NCBI GenBank assembly: GCA_032718475.1
Contig: JAUCBJ010000608.1
Coordinates: 1-64,000 of the forward strand
Source: Nemertoderma westbladi
Lineage: Eukaryota; Animalia; Xenacoelomorpha
Direction of reading: 5' to 3'
DNA: 64,000 nt
Shown here: in pieces, positions 11,034 to 22,401 of the stretch
How positions within the stretch are numbered: position 1 is the first letter of the stretch
How the letters are laid out: each line of letters opens with the position of its first letter
Notes under the pieces: generated by a model
Told to the model about the DNA's origin: nothing
The model's database searches: none
Seen by the model: only the letters and a program-made list of their open reading frames with translations
Translations under genes and position numbers: made by a program

Positions 11034-13384
11034 TCAATATTAAAAGTTGTCGATGACAATAACACTGAAATACATTTATTGTTATAATACAAATACCTAA
11101 CTGCCTAAATGTGTTAGTGTCTAACTCAACTGGCGATAGTAGTCAACTATTACATTTAAATTTCCCTCCATGGAATCATTCAGTCAATGTTCCTTCCGGG
11201 ACCCGCTTGTAGAATGTTGATCCGATACTTCAGTTCAGTTTCAGTACTTCAGTTCCTGGCCTAATCCCTGTGCCCTGTCTGCTGCTAGCGGTAGTACTTA
11301 TTCACACGTTTTGATCCAACCAGTAGCTCACCAAGTCAGATCCGAACTATGATTAAATGAAATTTGTTGTGGACAATTTGCAATTTGTAGCAAACATTTA
11401 TATTTTACTACTTCAGAACTCAATACTGGATTGCAGTTCCAATAATCATAATCAACCAAAACCATGATCATAATTCATAATACAGTAATATGATTCTAAC
11501 AATTCTAAATCATAATATGATTTATGCTAGAAGGCTGGCTCATGGAATACTAAATATACATCCCATGTATAATCATGCATGGGATACATATACATGTGTA
11601 TATTTAGTATTCCATGGCTGGCTATTGTTATTCATGTACTTATTTCTCCTTGAAAGGCAATCGTTCATAGATACCAATAATGTCATCAGTTGGCTACAGT
11701 TCACTGCGGATGAGTGCAACACCCACCCTCCCGATATTCAGTATACTGGTATAGTACTGTAGTATACACTCTTGATATAGGCCTAAAGTACATCGTGATA
11801 TACGGTATATGTAGGTTACTGTGGTTAGGGATCAGACAGAGAGGACCCTAATAGTGCGACATGTAGAGAGACCAGTGGAGGTTTTTGAACTACAGTAGTT
11901 GGTGGTTGACAGGGCTGTGGCGTGGGTGGGTGTTGAGTATATACCAGCTGGGGCAGGGGAATCATTGATGTTGCATGCAGGTGGTGGCTGGTGACATCGT
12001 AGGCAATCTGTTAATACTATGCCGCTTGCATCTGGTGGGTCCAACTCCAGTGAATGATTTATTCCGTGATCAATTGTTTCTGATTCTTCAACCATCTACA
12101 TGCACTTAGCAGTGGTTGGATACAATTTCATCCCTTAGATGTTAAATGTTATACAATAAACAGACAAGAGGGCCTTTACAACGCTATTTATAGTTATTTG
12201 AATCATCCTGAATTGCATTCAATATCACAAAGTCCTTCAAGTAGATCCATTGCAGGATCTCCAAAATCATATATATAATATATAATTTTATTGACAAATG
12301 ATTCGGAATTTAACGCGTAACAGACCACAAATTAAATAACCAAAGAAAAGAGAAATATTTGTCCAAATAAATTTGACTGCCTGATACTGTACACACTCCG
12401 AACTACTACTTAATTAAGTTCTTACACGTTTGAAACTATACTCATCAAATATTAAAATAACGACAAATTTACAAACATTCACAATAATAGCACTTACAAA
12501 TTCATTACGTAATAGCACTTACAAATTAGATAAGATCATCATAAGATCATCAGATATGTGGGGCGAGACACGTATGGCGAGCCATCAGCGAACTGATATA
12601 ATTATACTATGGCCGTTTCTCAAAAGTCTGTGTGTGACGTGTGTGTGTGTGTGTGTGTCGGTAGCCATAAATGTCGGAAGCCATAATCGAAGTTAATATC
12701 TTCAGTTAAATTGTATGGTTGAATCGAATTATTTCGATTCTTCTATCGGTAATTAATTATTTAGGGGGGTAACATTTATCCCATCTGGTATAAAATTAAC
12801 ATGGGTAGATTCGCCGTGTCCCATTCTATCAAAGTCTTTACTTTATACTCGAGATTAATGTCAAGTTGTATAGTTATTTATTGATTTACAATTAAAATTG
12901 CATTTTTATCAATTAATTCACACGCAGGCTCTAACCGCCTAATGACAGTCAATACGGAGTAATTCCTTCCCGTGTCTTAGCAACGCTGAGAATGTCCTGG
13001 CCTGTTAGAGGCAGACTGCTGCTGGTTGGGGATGGTAGGATAGCATTAATTCCCTAAACATTCACTCACTCTCCATAGAACTGGCTGACGGGGGGGTGTG
13101 TGTGTGTTTAGGTATCAGTTATTCAATGACATTAATATTATTACTAATGAAGGAATAGTGCTCCTTCAATACATCTCAACAGACATCAATTCATTGCCTG
13201 TGCCTACCAACGCGTGCTCCATAACATAACAACATATCCTTGATTTCCATCACCTCTCACCACAATTATTATTAGTAATTAAAAGTTTCAATTCGGTTTG
13301 TCGTTCCGTTATCTGGTTATTCAGTTATTGCATTATTAATAAATAAATGTTTTAAAATATATCTTACGAAATATGGTTAATCAT

Positions 13385-13935
13385 TAAAACTTGTCGCTAA
13401 CATTCTCGCTATGGGGGTTTTAAAGAGTGTTGATTACATTTCTGATGTCAGTTTTCACGTTTACATAAATCTAGTCTGTCTGTCTGTCGGTCTTTCTGTC
13501 AGTCAGTCTGTCAAAACATAAAAGATAATTCAAATTAACTAACAATCTCGCTATGGGGGTTTTAAGGGGTGCTGATTTCATTTCTGATGTCAGTTTACAG
13601 GTTTACATAAATCTAGTCTGTCTGTTTGTCGGTCTTTCTGTCAGTCAGTCAGTCTGTCAAAACTTAAAAAAGAATACAAACTAACTAACATTCTCGTTAT
13701 GGGGTTTTAATGGGTGCTAATTTTATTTCAGATGTCAGTTTTCACGTTTAAAAAAATCTAGTCTGTCTGGCTGTCGGTCTTTCTGTCAGTCAGTCTGTGA
13801 AAACTTAAGAAAGTATACTAACTAACCAACATTCTCGCTATGGGGGTTTTAAGGGTTGCTGATTTCTTTTTTGATGTCAGTTTACACGTTTACATAAATC
13901 TAGTCTGTCTGTCTGTCGGTCTCTCTGTCAGTCTG
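13385..13935 (+). repeat. About 150-bp tandem repeat, 4 copies, Helentron/DINE-like non-autonomous element core
   Basis: The unit ...ACATTCTCGCTATGGGGGTTTTAAG...GATGTCAGTTTTCACGTTTACATAAATCTAGTCTGTCTGTCTGTCGGTC recurs four times. The family assignment rests only on the (GTCT)n tracts and general resemblance. Confidence 0.7.
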
Positions 13936-15676
13936 AACTACTGCACTGTGGTTGGCATTACGCCATATACCTAACACTAATAATACAGTCTACAATACAG
14001 CCTATCTACAGTACAGAATGGATTTTTTGCCACGAAGAGCAATAAATGTCATTAATACTATCCACCAGTATACCTTCTCCAAGAGCCTTCTAATAAAACA
14101 TGTATTCCAGCATGACGTGCACTGCACGTCTTCGTGCTGTCCATTGTGACGTGCAGTGGACGTCATAGGCTCTAAGAGGTTAAGCAACACGGTCCCTACT
14201 TCGCCCTGTCGACACCCCAGCCATTTTTCACCAATCCTTTTTAGAGTTTTTTAATTTTTTTGGTATTGGTGAAAGTTCTACAACATTAGTAGATATGTTT
14301 TTTATGATAGCTAGTGTTTTTTTGCTAGCTAGTATTTTTTGAAATTATAAAAAATGTGAAAGTCCATGATATTTCAGGTTAAACCTTTGAAGAATATATT
14401 AATGACCAAAATAATTTCCAAAAATTACTAGATAGTAAAAAATACTAGCTATATACCATAAAAAATCTACTAAGGTTCTAGAACATTCACTAATATAAAA
14501 AAGCACTCAAAATCACAAAAAATAGAGGTTAAAAAACTCATTCGGGACTCTTTTGCTTAAGGAGTCAAAATTGTAGAAAAAATTCCCGAAGTTTGCGACG
14601 TTTGCGAAATTCGCGAAGAATCCGACAAGTTTCTGTGCCCTAATGGTTTCGTGACGAAACAATAAAATCTTACACACTTAACACACACGAACTAATTTAA
14701 TGTGTGTATTAGTATGCCTGAATAATTAATTAGAAATTGAATTAATGAACGCTATTTCAACATGAAATCTACGGAATCAATACACAACACACGCACACTA
14801 CTGAATTTAACAATTTATATAGATTGCAACTTTTATATTTGGCTACCTTTTAATGGGTGACTAATTTAATTATTCACCCCTATATATTTGTAGCCTTGTT
14901 AATTTGTGCCTCTAATTGAATCAAACATTAAACTATGTCACAATATTGGTCTGTCGGTAGCTGGTCAATGATTCTCTCATAAATGTGTTAATTAGTCGCT
15001 GCTCAGTCATTGAACATTTGAACACGTGCTGCTCGAAGACCCCACAACGTGTTATATTCTGTGCTCGGGTTAACTTTAAACATAGCTAATAAAACTGGTC
15101 GCGTTCTCCATAAAGGCACTCCAATAACATTTCAGTACTCCAATAGGTTACAGTAGGTGCCCATTTCAGCGTCCACCCTTGTTAAAATTTTGTAAGAATA
15201 ATCGTCAAAATGATATGGATATTTCATTGCAGACTTCAAGTCTAGACTTTGATGTTGTTGCTCTCTGAAGATTATGAATTTAAGACACAGATACCTCTAC
15301 CTTTCCCCATTGGCGAGAATACCCAATTTGCGATCTTCTGTTTTAAACATTTGAATCTTGAAAGAAAAATTTATGTAGCATTGCTTTGTCTGACCTGGCA
15401 GAATATACTCTATTAAGTCAACTACAGTATGTAATTATTTTGGGCTGTCGTTGGGGCTCAACTCTCCCTCCATTAAATTGGTCCTTCTGACATGTGAGCG
15501 TGTGATTCCATCGTTAGTTTGATCGGTTTCGGACCAGCCCGCCGCGCCGTGTGGGTAAAAAAAAATCGATTTTTGGGTTATGAGCGATTCTAAACTAAAA
15601 TGTATTGGAGATTTCAAATCTGAAAACCGTTTTTTGAGATCTCAACCCGTTCTTGTTTTATATCTAATTCAATAGA

Positions 15677-15754
15677 GATGATCTAGCAAATGTCATGGGT
15701 GATAGGGAGTTGTGGCAGTGCAATTTTGTCGACAAAGCCTTCACAGCATTCTTA
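15677..15754 (+). mobile_element. 3'-terminal fragment of the RTE-type LINE family
   Basis: GATGATCTAGCAAATGTCATGGGTGATAGGGAGTTGTGGC...ACAGCATTCTT closely matches the reverse complement of 44878-44954. Confidence 0.75.
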
Positions 15755-15957
15755 TTTTATATGTAATATATATATAATGCAGCTGCAATGCAGCATGTCA
15801 ATCATATTAGTAGTAGTAAGTGCCGCTTATGGTGGCAGGCAAGGATAATAACACAATACGAATTTGCATCATTGAGAAACCCGCAAGACCCCCCCCCCCC
15901 CTAACAACAGCACTCCTAGCAAAGCCACCCTTAGTAAGTAACCGCAACTTTGGGAGG

Positions 15958-16291
15958 GTTGCTCATAGCAACTGTTGATGGGGTTTGCCCATATCAAAAC
16001 CCTCGCCAATAGCTACTGTAGACATGGGAGTGTCACCAATAGCAACCATCAACTGCGCGGAGAGGGGGGCGAAGTAAAGGCGTTATGTGCAGCACATTGT
16101 ACATGGGGCACATTACATTATATACAGTATTACATAAAATATTGAAAATGTAGCTAGAATAGAACAACAACGGATCCATTAACTCGGCGTGAAAATTTAA
16201 ATAACTTTCCTTACCACCTCAGTCAGCCTCTAGTACTTCACTGTTGCCATCAATGCCTTTTATGATAATAATCAATATATTGCCTAGCAAC
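15958..16291 (+). promoter_or_regulatory. Cluster of three RFX X-box-like motifs upstream of LRRC9
   Basis: GTTGCTCATAGCAAC (15958-15972), GTCACCAATAGCAAC (16032-16046) and ATTGCCTAGCAAC (16279-16291) resemble the GTNRCC-N0-3-RGYAAC consensus. Confidence 0.6.
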
Positions 16292-16886
16292 CACACTAAC
16301 AGAAAAGTGTAAATCATCTGACATTATCTATCAGCTAGTGTCTGACTGTCTGATGGCTTCAGGATACCGGTACTATCGATCTATCGTACCGGTATACATT
16401 ATGGATACATTTTTATACACAGATAGAGATAGGCACGTGTACGGAATGCCTACCGCCTTTATTGCCAAACACACTGTAAAGAAAATAAGGGTCGTCAGCA
16501 TACCATTACCACTACAATACAAATACTATTTAGCAGTTAGCGGTATCTGCTTCTGGTGGGATACTTTAATCACGACTATACACTATACTGCTATATCAGT
16601 ATATGCACCTCTTTGTACGTTGACGTTACTGTCTGACTGTGGTGTGGCGTGTTGGTTAAGGTGACACAATTAACTCATAATAGTGCAGTTTGGCTGTGCG
16701 GGCCATCGTACCGTACCGTATGCGTACCCTGTCCCTGTACCTACCTTGTAGGCCTGCATATATTTATCTTCTGGATATTATTGGATTTTACTGTATATGG
16801 CTGGCATTTTCATATTCATATTATTACCTAAATGGTAGCCTATCCTTTTGAAATTACGAACTGCAAGTTGTAAATAAAACAAAAGT

Positions 16887-18338
16887 ATGCTGTCGGATTC
16901 AGGAGAGGAAGAGGATAGAGCTGTAATAGTTACTGACGAGGATATCTTACAAGAGATATCTTTATCCAACGGGATTAACTACAACAAACTCATCCACGGG
17001 CATAATGTCAGAGAGATCCACACAGTGGAACTATTCTTCTCTGGAATGCCCAGAATGATCCCGCTATCTTTATTTCCTCATCTCACTACACTGCGAATCG
17101 TCAGCCAGACAATAAAGATAATAGAACATCTCAAAGGTGTACCGAGATTGCGTGAACTTTGGTTTGCTGAATGCGAAATTACCGCCATCCAAGGGTTAAA
17201 CGATTGCGTCGAATTAATCCGGCTATACCTTTACTCAAATAAAATTACAAAAATTGAAAATTTAGATAAACTAATTCTACTAGAAGTTCTTTGGTTGAAC
17301 TTTAATAAAATTAATGTCATTGAAAATGTTCAGCATCTATTTAATCTAAAGGAGTTTAATTTAGCCGAAAATTGCATAGGAACTATCGGAGATTCGTTGT
17401 TGAATTTAGAAAGTTTAGAGAATTTAAATTTATCTGGGAATCGTATATTATCCTTCAATCAGCTTTACTGTCTGGTCGCCCTTCCCAAACTCAAACAGTT
17501 GAGTCTCAGGGGCGGCCAGTACGCGCCGAACCCGGTATGTTCGCTTTGCAACTACTCAATCTACGTTCTCTACCATCTGCCGACCCTCCAACGTCTGGAT
17601 GACATTGACGTTAGCAACGGGGTCTTACAGGAGCTCTCAGAGCAAACCGTTAATAAAAAGAAAATATTTTATAACATGAAAATTAAAACTTTAAAAAATA
17701 GAACTTCTTCACAATTAATTAAGTTAGAAAAAGAGTTAGATAAACTTATTGAAGACCCTCGAACTAAAATATCAACTTTATCTTCTTTAATAAAGAGTTT
17801 AGAGCGAGAAATACGAGAGTTTGAGTCGCCACGTAAAGGAGAGGATTCGGACACTGAGGCGGACCAGGGATCAGTTCGCTCACCGGCCGCAGAGCGGCGT
17901 CACAAAGTTGGCGAGTTGATAAAACGGCGGGACCGATGGACGCGGCAGTTGCGGCGTTACCAGGACGACGCTATAGTGGCTAGGCGACGAATAGAGTCAA
18001 GGGCCCGCGGGTCGGAGCGCTGGCAGACCGTGGAGTTAGAGACGGGAGGGAACGTTCGGTTCGAGTCCGCTAGAGGGGGTAGCGACGCGGACTGGTGGGA
18101 GTCGTGCGAACGGCTGGTACAGTCGCGGTTCTGTGCGGCGGAACACGCTGGGCGAGAGGTCCGAGTTGCCAGGGTTACGAGGGTCTACAACCGCGGGGTC
18201 AGGGGCCGTTTCGATGACTATATAAACCGTGTGGTAGACGGAGGGGGGCTGGTTGGCTTGGCCGTGAAACCCAATCAGTTGAAGCGACTTATCGAGTATC
18301 TCTTCTACAGCGAGGAGGAAGGTGACTGTCTGGATGAG
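16887..18338 (+). CDS. LRRC9: LRRC9 coding exon 1 (N-terminal LRRs, LRRcap, coiled coil, start of the ART/PARP-like region)
   Basis: SDS22-like LRRs, NPVC...Y LRRcap, and the ELETGGNVRFE...WWESCERLVQSRF block that I recognise from LRRC9. Donor GAG|GTTAGT at 18338/18339, phase 0. Confidence 0.88.
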
Positions 18339-19358
18339 GTTAGTTGCTTCATTATTATTATATATTAGTTGGATTAATCCTTAATTATTGTTAGTGAATT
18401 CTTCCTAATTTAGCTTTATTGGATTTAATATTGGGGAAAAAATGTATAGAACAATTATAAAACATGGAATCAATATTGGAAGTTGAAACAAAAATATTGG
18501 TCCGGATGTCAGAACAATGGTGTAGTATGTACATCCCTTTCATGGGTTTCACTTTAACATACTTAGAATAATTAACTTATTTATACATGATATGAATAAC
18601 TCTCAGTAAATTGATGATATACATAAAAAATGCGAATTCGGCACCGCCATAGATCGAAACCAGGTCTTCTTCGGGTTTCTGAAAGATGAGAATATGAAAG
18701 ATTCTAAACAATTAGTTGATTAGTTTATCCTTAGCTTTACAGACATACATTTTATATTGCATTTCGGAACTATTCCGGAATAATTATCACGGTCGTGTTC
18801 TATAATATTTTAAAGTACATACAGTAGTTGCAAGCAGAGTTGTAGTTATATTGCAATCCAAATCAGTTTATAATTAAATAAACATTGAAAAACTTTAAAA
18901 TAAAGTTTTTTACAAGCTAATTGAAGAATTGAACAATACTCCCTAGTACCTACTAACAACAATACAATACTACCCAACTCCGTAAATAAAGGCTTTTAGA
19001 TGCTAAATTTTGTGTTTTTTTATTGTTTAGTTTTGAAATCAATAAATTTTTACTAATTATAGTAATTTTTCGGAAGAAACCATTTTCACCATTTTTACGT
19101 AAAATTTTTACGCATCTCGGCGATTTAATATCTCGTCTCAATGTGAAATTTGTAAAATGAATGGAAAGGAGCAGGTTACAGTGACATGTTTTTCTAACCA
19201 TAACAATAAACTAAAGTCAATAGAACAAGTCATACAGTTTAATTTTTATGAGTAATCAGCAGATGTAACAGATTGCGTCGAAAGTTCCCAAGCCCCCCCC
19301 CCCCCCCCCTAGTAATTAGTAATAAATAGTCCTAAGATATTGTGTTTCTATCCGTCAG

Positions 19359-20257
19359 GTCCTCATTAAAGGCGTCAACTCGTCCGTCAGGTTAACCAAC
19401 TCCGTCGATATCCCTGTCGGATGTCGGACATTCCGTCTCCTCGTCTGCAAGGTCTTCCTCGGTCGGACCATGCCGGTCTACAAGGCGGGCACGGTGACCC
19501 CCAACCTCTACCCCAACACCGAGTCGGTATTCCGGCCTCGCGACACCGGCGACCCCAGAAACGACTGCGATTGCGCGACGCGACAATGCGATTGGTTCGT
19601 CTTCAACGGGAGTCTCGTAGTTCCCGAGTATTTAGTCGATATCGAGGTGGACTCGCCGGACACTGATCCACCCTCGCACACCGGTGTTCAACCAGCGTTC
19701 ACCGGTGTTCAACCAGCGTTCAACGGGGTTCAACCAGCGTTCACCGGGGTCCAACCAGCGTTCACGCTCTCTCACAGTTGCGACGACATCAGCGCCATCC
19801 CCTCCGCCAACCCTCCCGACGATGACGTCATCGGTCTTCCACCGGAAGTCGCCACTCGACCGCGTATCGTCAACCCCACCGAGGACATCATAAAGACCCT
19901 GACCGGATGTACAAACCTCTCCAACCTAGTCGATCTCAACCTCCACAACAACGGGATCACTAAACTCAAACAGTTGCCCCAACTGGCGAAACTCAAGCGT
20001 TTGGTGTTGAGTTTCAACGAACTAACGCGACTCGATGATGTAGGAAGGATCGAATCGTTAGAGGATCTCGATATCAGCTTCAATAAACTCCTTACCGTCG
20101 ATGGGTTGAAGACGATGGCGAGATTGAAGCGTTTGGACGTCAGTTGGAACAGGTTAACGAACACCCGGGAAGATATCGCAATAATGAGGAAATATTGTAG
20201 CAATTTGGTAACTCTTTTTTTGCACGACAACCCCTGGAAGAAAGGAAATAATATTAG
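19359..20257 (+). CDS. LRRC9: LRRC9 coding exon 2
   Basis: Acceptor TTTCTATCCGTCAG|GTC, in frame with ORF 19470-20279. Encodes LLVCKVFLGR, CDCATRQCDWFVFNGSLVVPEYLVD and LRRs. Donor AG|GTTAGT, phase 2. Confidence 0.88.
19680..19763 (+). repeat. 21-bp in-frame coding tandem repeat, 4 copies (TGVQPAF)
   Basis: ACCGGTGTTCAACCAGCGTTC and its variants are repeated four times within exon 2. Confidence 0.9.
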
Positions 20258-20962
20258 GTTAGTAAATACAGTAATTTAATTATTCTATATATATATTGAC
20301 AGGACAGTGTTACTATTTACCATATTAACACTAAACTACTTTATTTTCTATTTATGTTCACCTTAAATTTATTTAGGTTTATAAAATACTTTCAGTTTCG
20401 TTTTTTATCCAGTACCGGTATATACGCTCACCGCGTTATGCTAAAATATAACATGGAAAAGTAATTTGAATACAAACTATATTTAATTAAAGAAAGTAAT
20501 AATTAGGTGCTAACAAAGCGCAAGAAAGCAAATGGTTCCGGTGGACCATGTTGAATACAACAGCTTTCTAACAATCGTGTGAAACCAGAAACTCCAATAT
20601 CGTCAACGAAAATAAGTAAAATTTTCCACAGCCTTTGTTCATAATTAGCAGTAACATACTATTTTATGAACAAAAATAATATGTTAAAAAGAATGTAGTT
20701 TATACAATCAGAGATAATTCACAACCAAAATACGGTATATTAGCCGAGCTAGTTTTTTTTAATAGTATTGGTTTATTTCCATAATCATGTTTTAAAATTA
20801 TTGTACTTGTGTTTCGCCCCTGAGGGATTGTTAGCATTAAATAAATGAAATATATATTTTTTCCTGTAAGATTTGTCCTTCTTTTTTGCTATAGACAAAA
20901 TAAGATTATTAAGTTAGTTAAAATAATTGTGATGTGAAGGAAACTGATTTATTGTTTCTCAG

Positions 20963-22401
20963 ATTGAGGGTTATTGGGAGGCTGCGCGGGTTGAAGATGG
21001 TAGACGGGATAGCTGTCACTGAGACGGAGGCCCTAGCGGCCTTACAGGTAGCCTCGGGGGCGAGAATCTCCCAGTCGATGGTGCTAAACCACGGTCGGAC
21101 GGCGGACAAACCCGTCCGGAGTCTATCCCTCGGGTGCGCCTCCCGGACACTCGATGAGTCCACGGCACCGATCCGACCCGAGGTGCGAGGTTTCGACCCC
21201 GGGTGGATGACCTCGGTGACTTCACTCCGCATAGAGAACCAACACCTCAGCAAGATATCGAATCTCGAGAAACTCGTCAACCTCCGCTGGCTCTCTCTCG
21301 ACCACAATGACATTACCAAAATCGAAGGTCTCGATAACCTCGTTGCCATAGAGGAGTTAAGTCTCTGCGACAACGCTCTCTCTCGTCTTGACGGTATCGC
21401 CAACCTCTCCAACCTCCAACGACTCCATCTCTCGGACAACCTCATCCTCGGGTTGGACTCCATCAGTGTCTCGCGTCTCGTCAGCCTCGTCCATCTCTCC
21501 CTCGAAGACAACTTCATCGAGAGTATCGACGCGGTTAGCGGCTGCCCCAACCTTGTCGAGTTGTACCTCGGCAACAACAAAGTCACCGACATCCGGAAGA
21601 TTTTCGCGCTGAAACGCCTCCGAAACATCGCGATCCTCGACCTCGGAGGCAACCCGGTCTCCGAGAACGAGAACTACCGTCTCTTCATCGTCTTCCATCT
21701 CAGGATGCTGAAAGCTTTGGATGGAGTCTCTATAGCAACAGGAGATTTATCCCGCGCGAAAGAGACTTTCGGAGGGAAACTAACGCGAGACTTTGTTCTA
21801 GAACAGCTGGGACACGAAGCGAACTTACACACCGTAGAGGAACTCGACTTTCCTAACTCCTCGATTCGGTTTATCGATCTGGAAGACGGATCGACTTTCG
21901 TTAAACTCCGGAGTATCAACCTCGAACACAATTGGTTAACGAGTCTATCCGGACTCATCCATCTCCCTAACCTACAGGTTCTCTGCCTCAACTACAATAA
22001 AATAGAGAGCATCTTAGATAAGAATTACAACGCGAACAGCGAGACTTCATTCCTACATAAACTCCAAGTGCTACACCTCGGGTACAACGGGTTGTCCAGC
22101 ATCCGGGGCCTCCAGTTGTACCGACTCCGCTCGCTCCGCTCTCTCTTCCTACAGGGCAACGAGATCGCCGAGGTTGACGGCCTGGAGGGTCTGTCCCAGC
22201 TGCAGGAGTTGATCCTAGACCGCAATAAGATCCGATCCGTTGGTTCGTTCGCCTTCAACCCCTTGAAGGATCTCATCGAACTTCATCTCGAGGAGAATCG
22301 ACTACGGGAGTTGGAGAATCTCGATTGTCTTCGGAATCTAAAACGTTTGTTCGTGTCCCAAAATCGGATACAGGATATTAGTGAGCTGGAAAGGCTGGAA
22401 G
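20963..22401 (+). CDS. LRRC9: LRRC9 coding exon 3 (two LRR blocks)
   Basis: Acceptor TTGTTTCTCAG|A completes an Arg codon in the frame of ORF 20934-22415. Donor GAAG|GTGAGT at 22401/22402, phase 1. Confidence 0.88.

Larger units (their letters stand above)
9862..11210. mobile_element. 1.35-kb TIR element, probable internally deleted MULE-type transposon
   Basis: Near-perfect 195-bp TIRs (9862-10056 and 11016-11210) and exact 8-bp TSD AGAATGTT (9854-9861 and 11211-11218). It contains an internal C2H2 ORF and a peptide (VLDSIRTSLDNSSVSRLHLINRQDI) that recalls animal MULE transposases. Confidence 0.85.

Noticed and set aside
11219-11300. N-terminal extension of LINE ORF1 across the removed transposons
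   Set aside because: After in-silico excision the frame stays open for about 35 codons upstream of the ATG, then hits TGA near 11230 with no ATG, so this is UTR.
14110-14183. piggyBac-like terminus ending AAGAGGTTAA
   Set aside because: No matching opposite end was found in the window.
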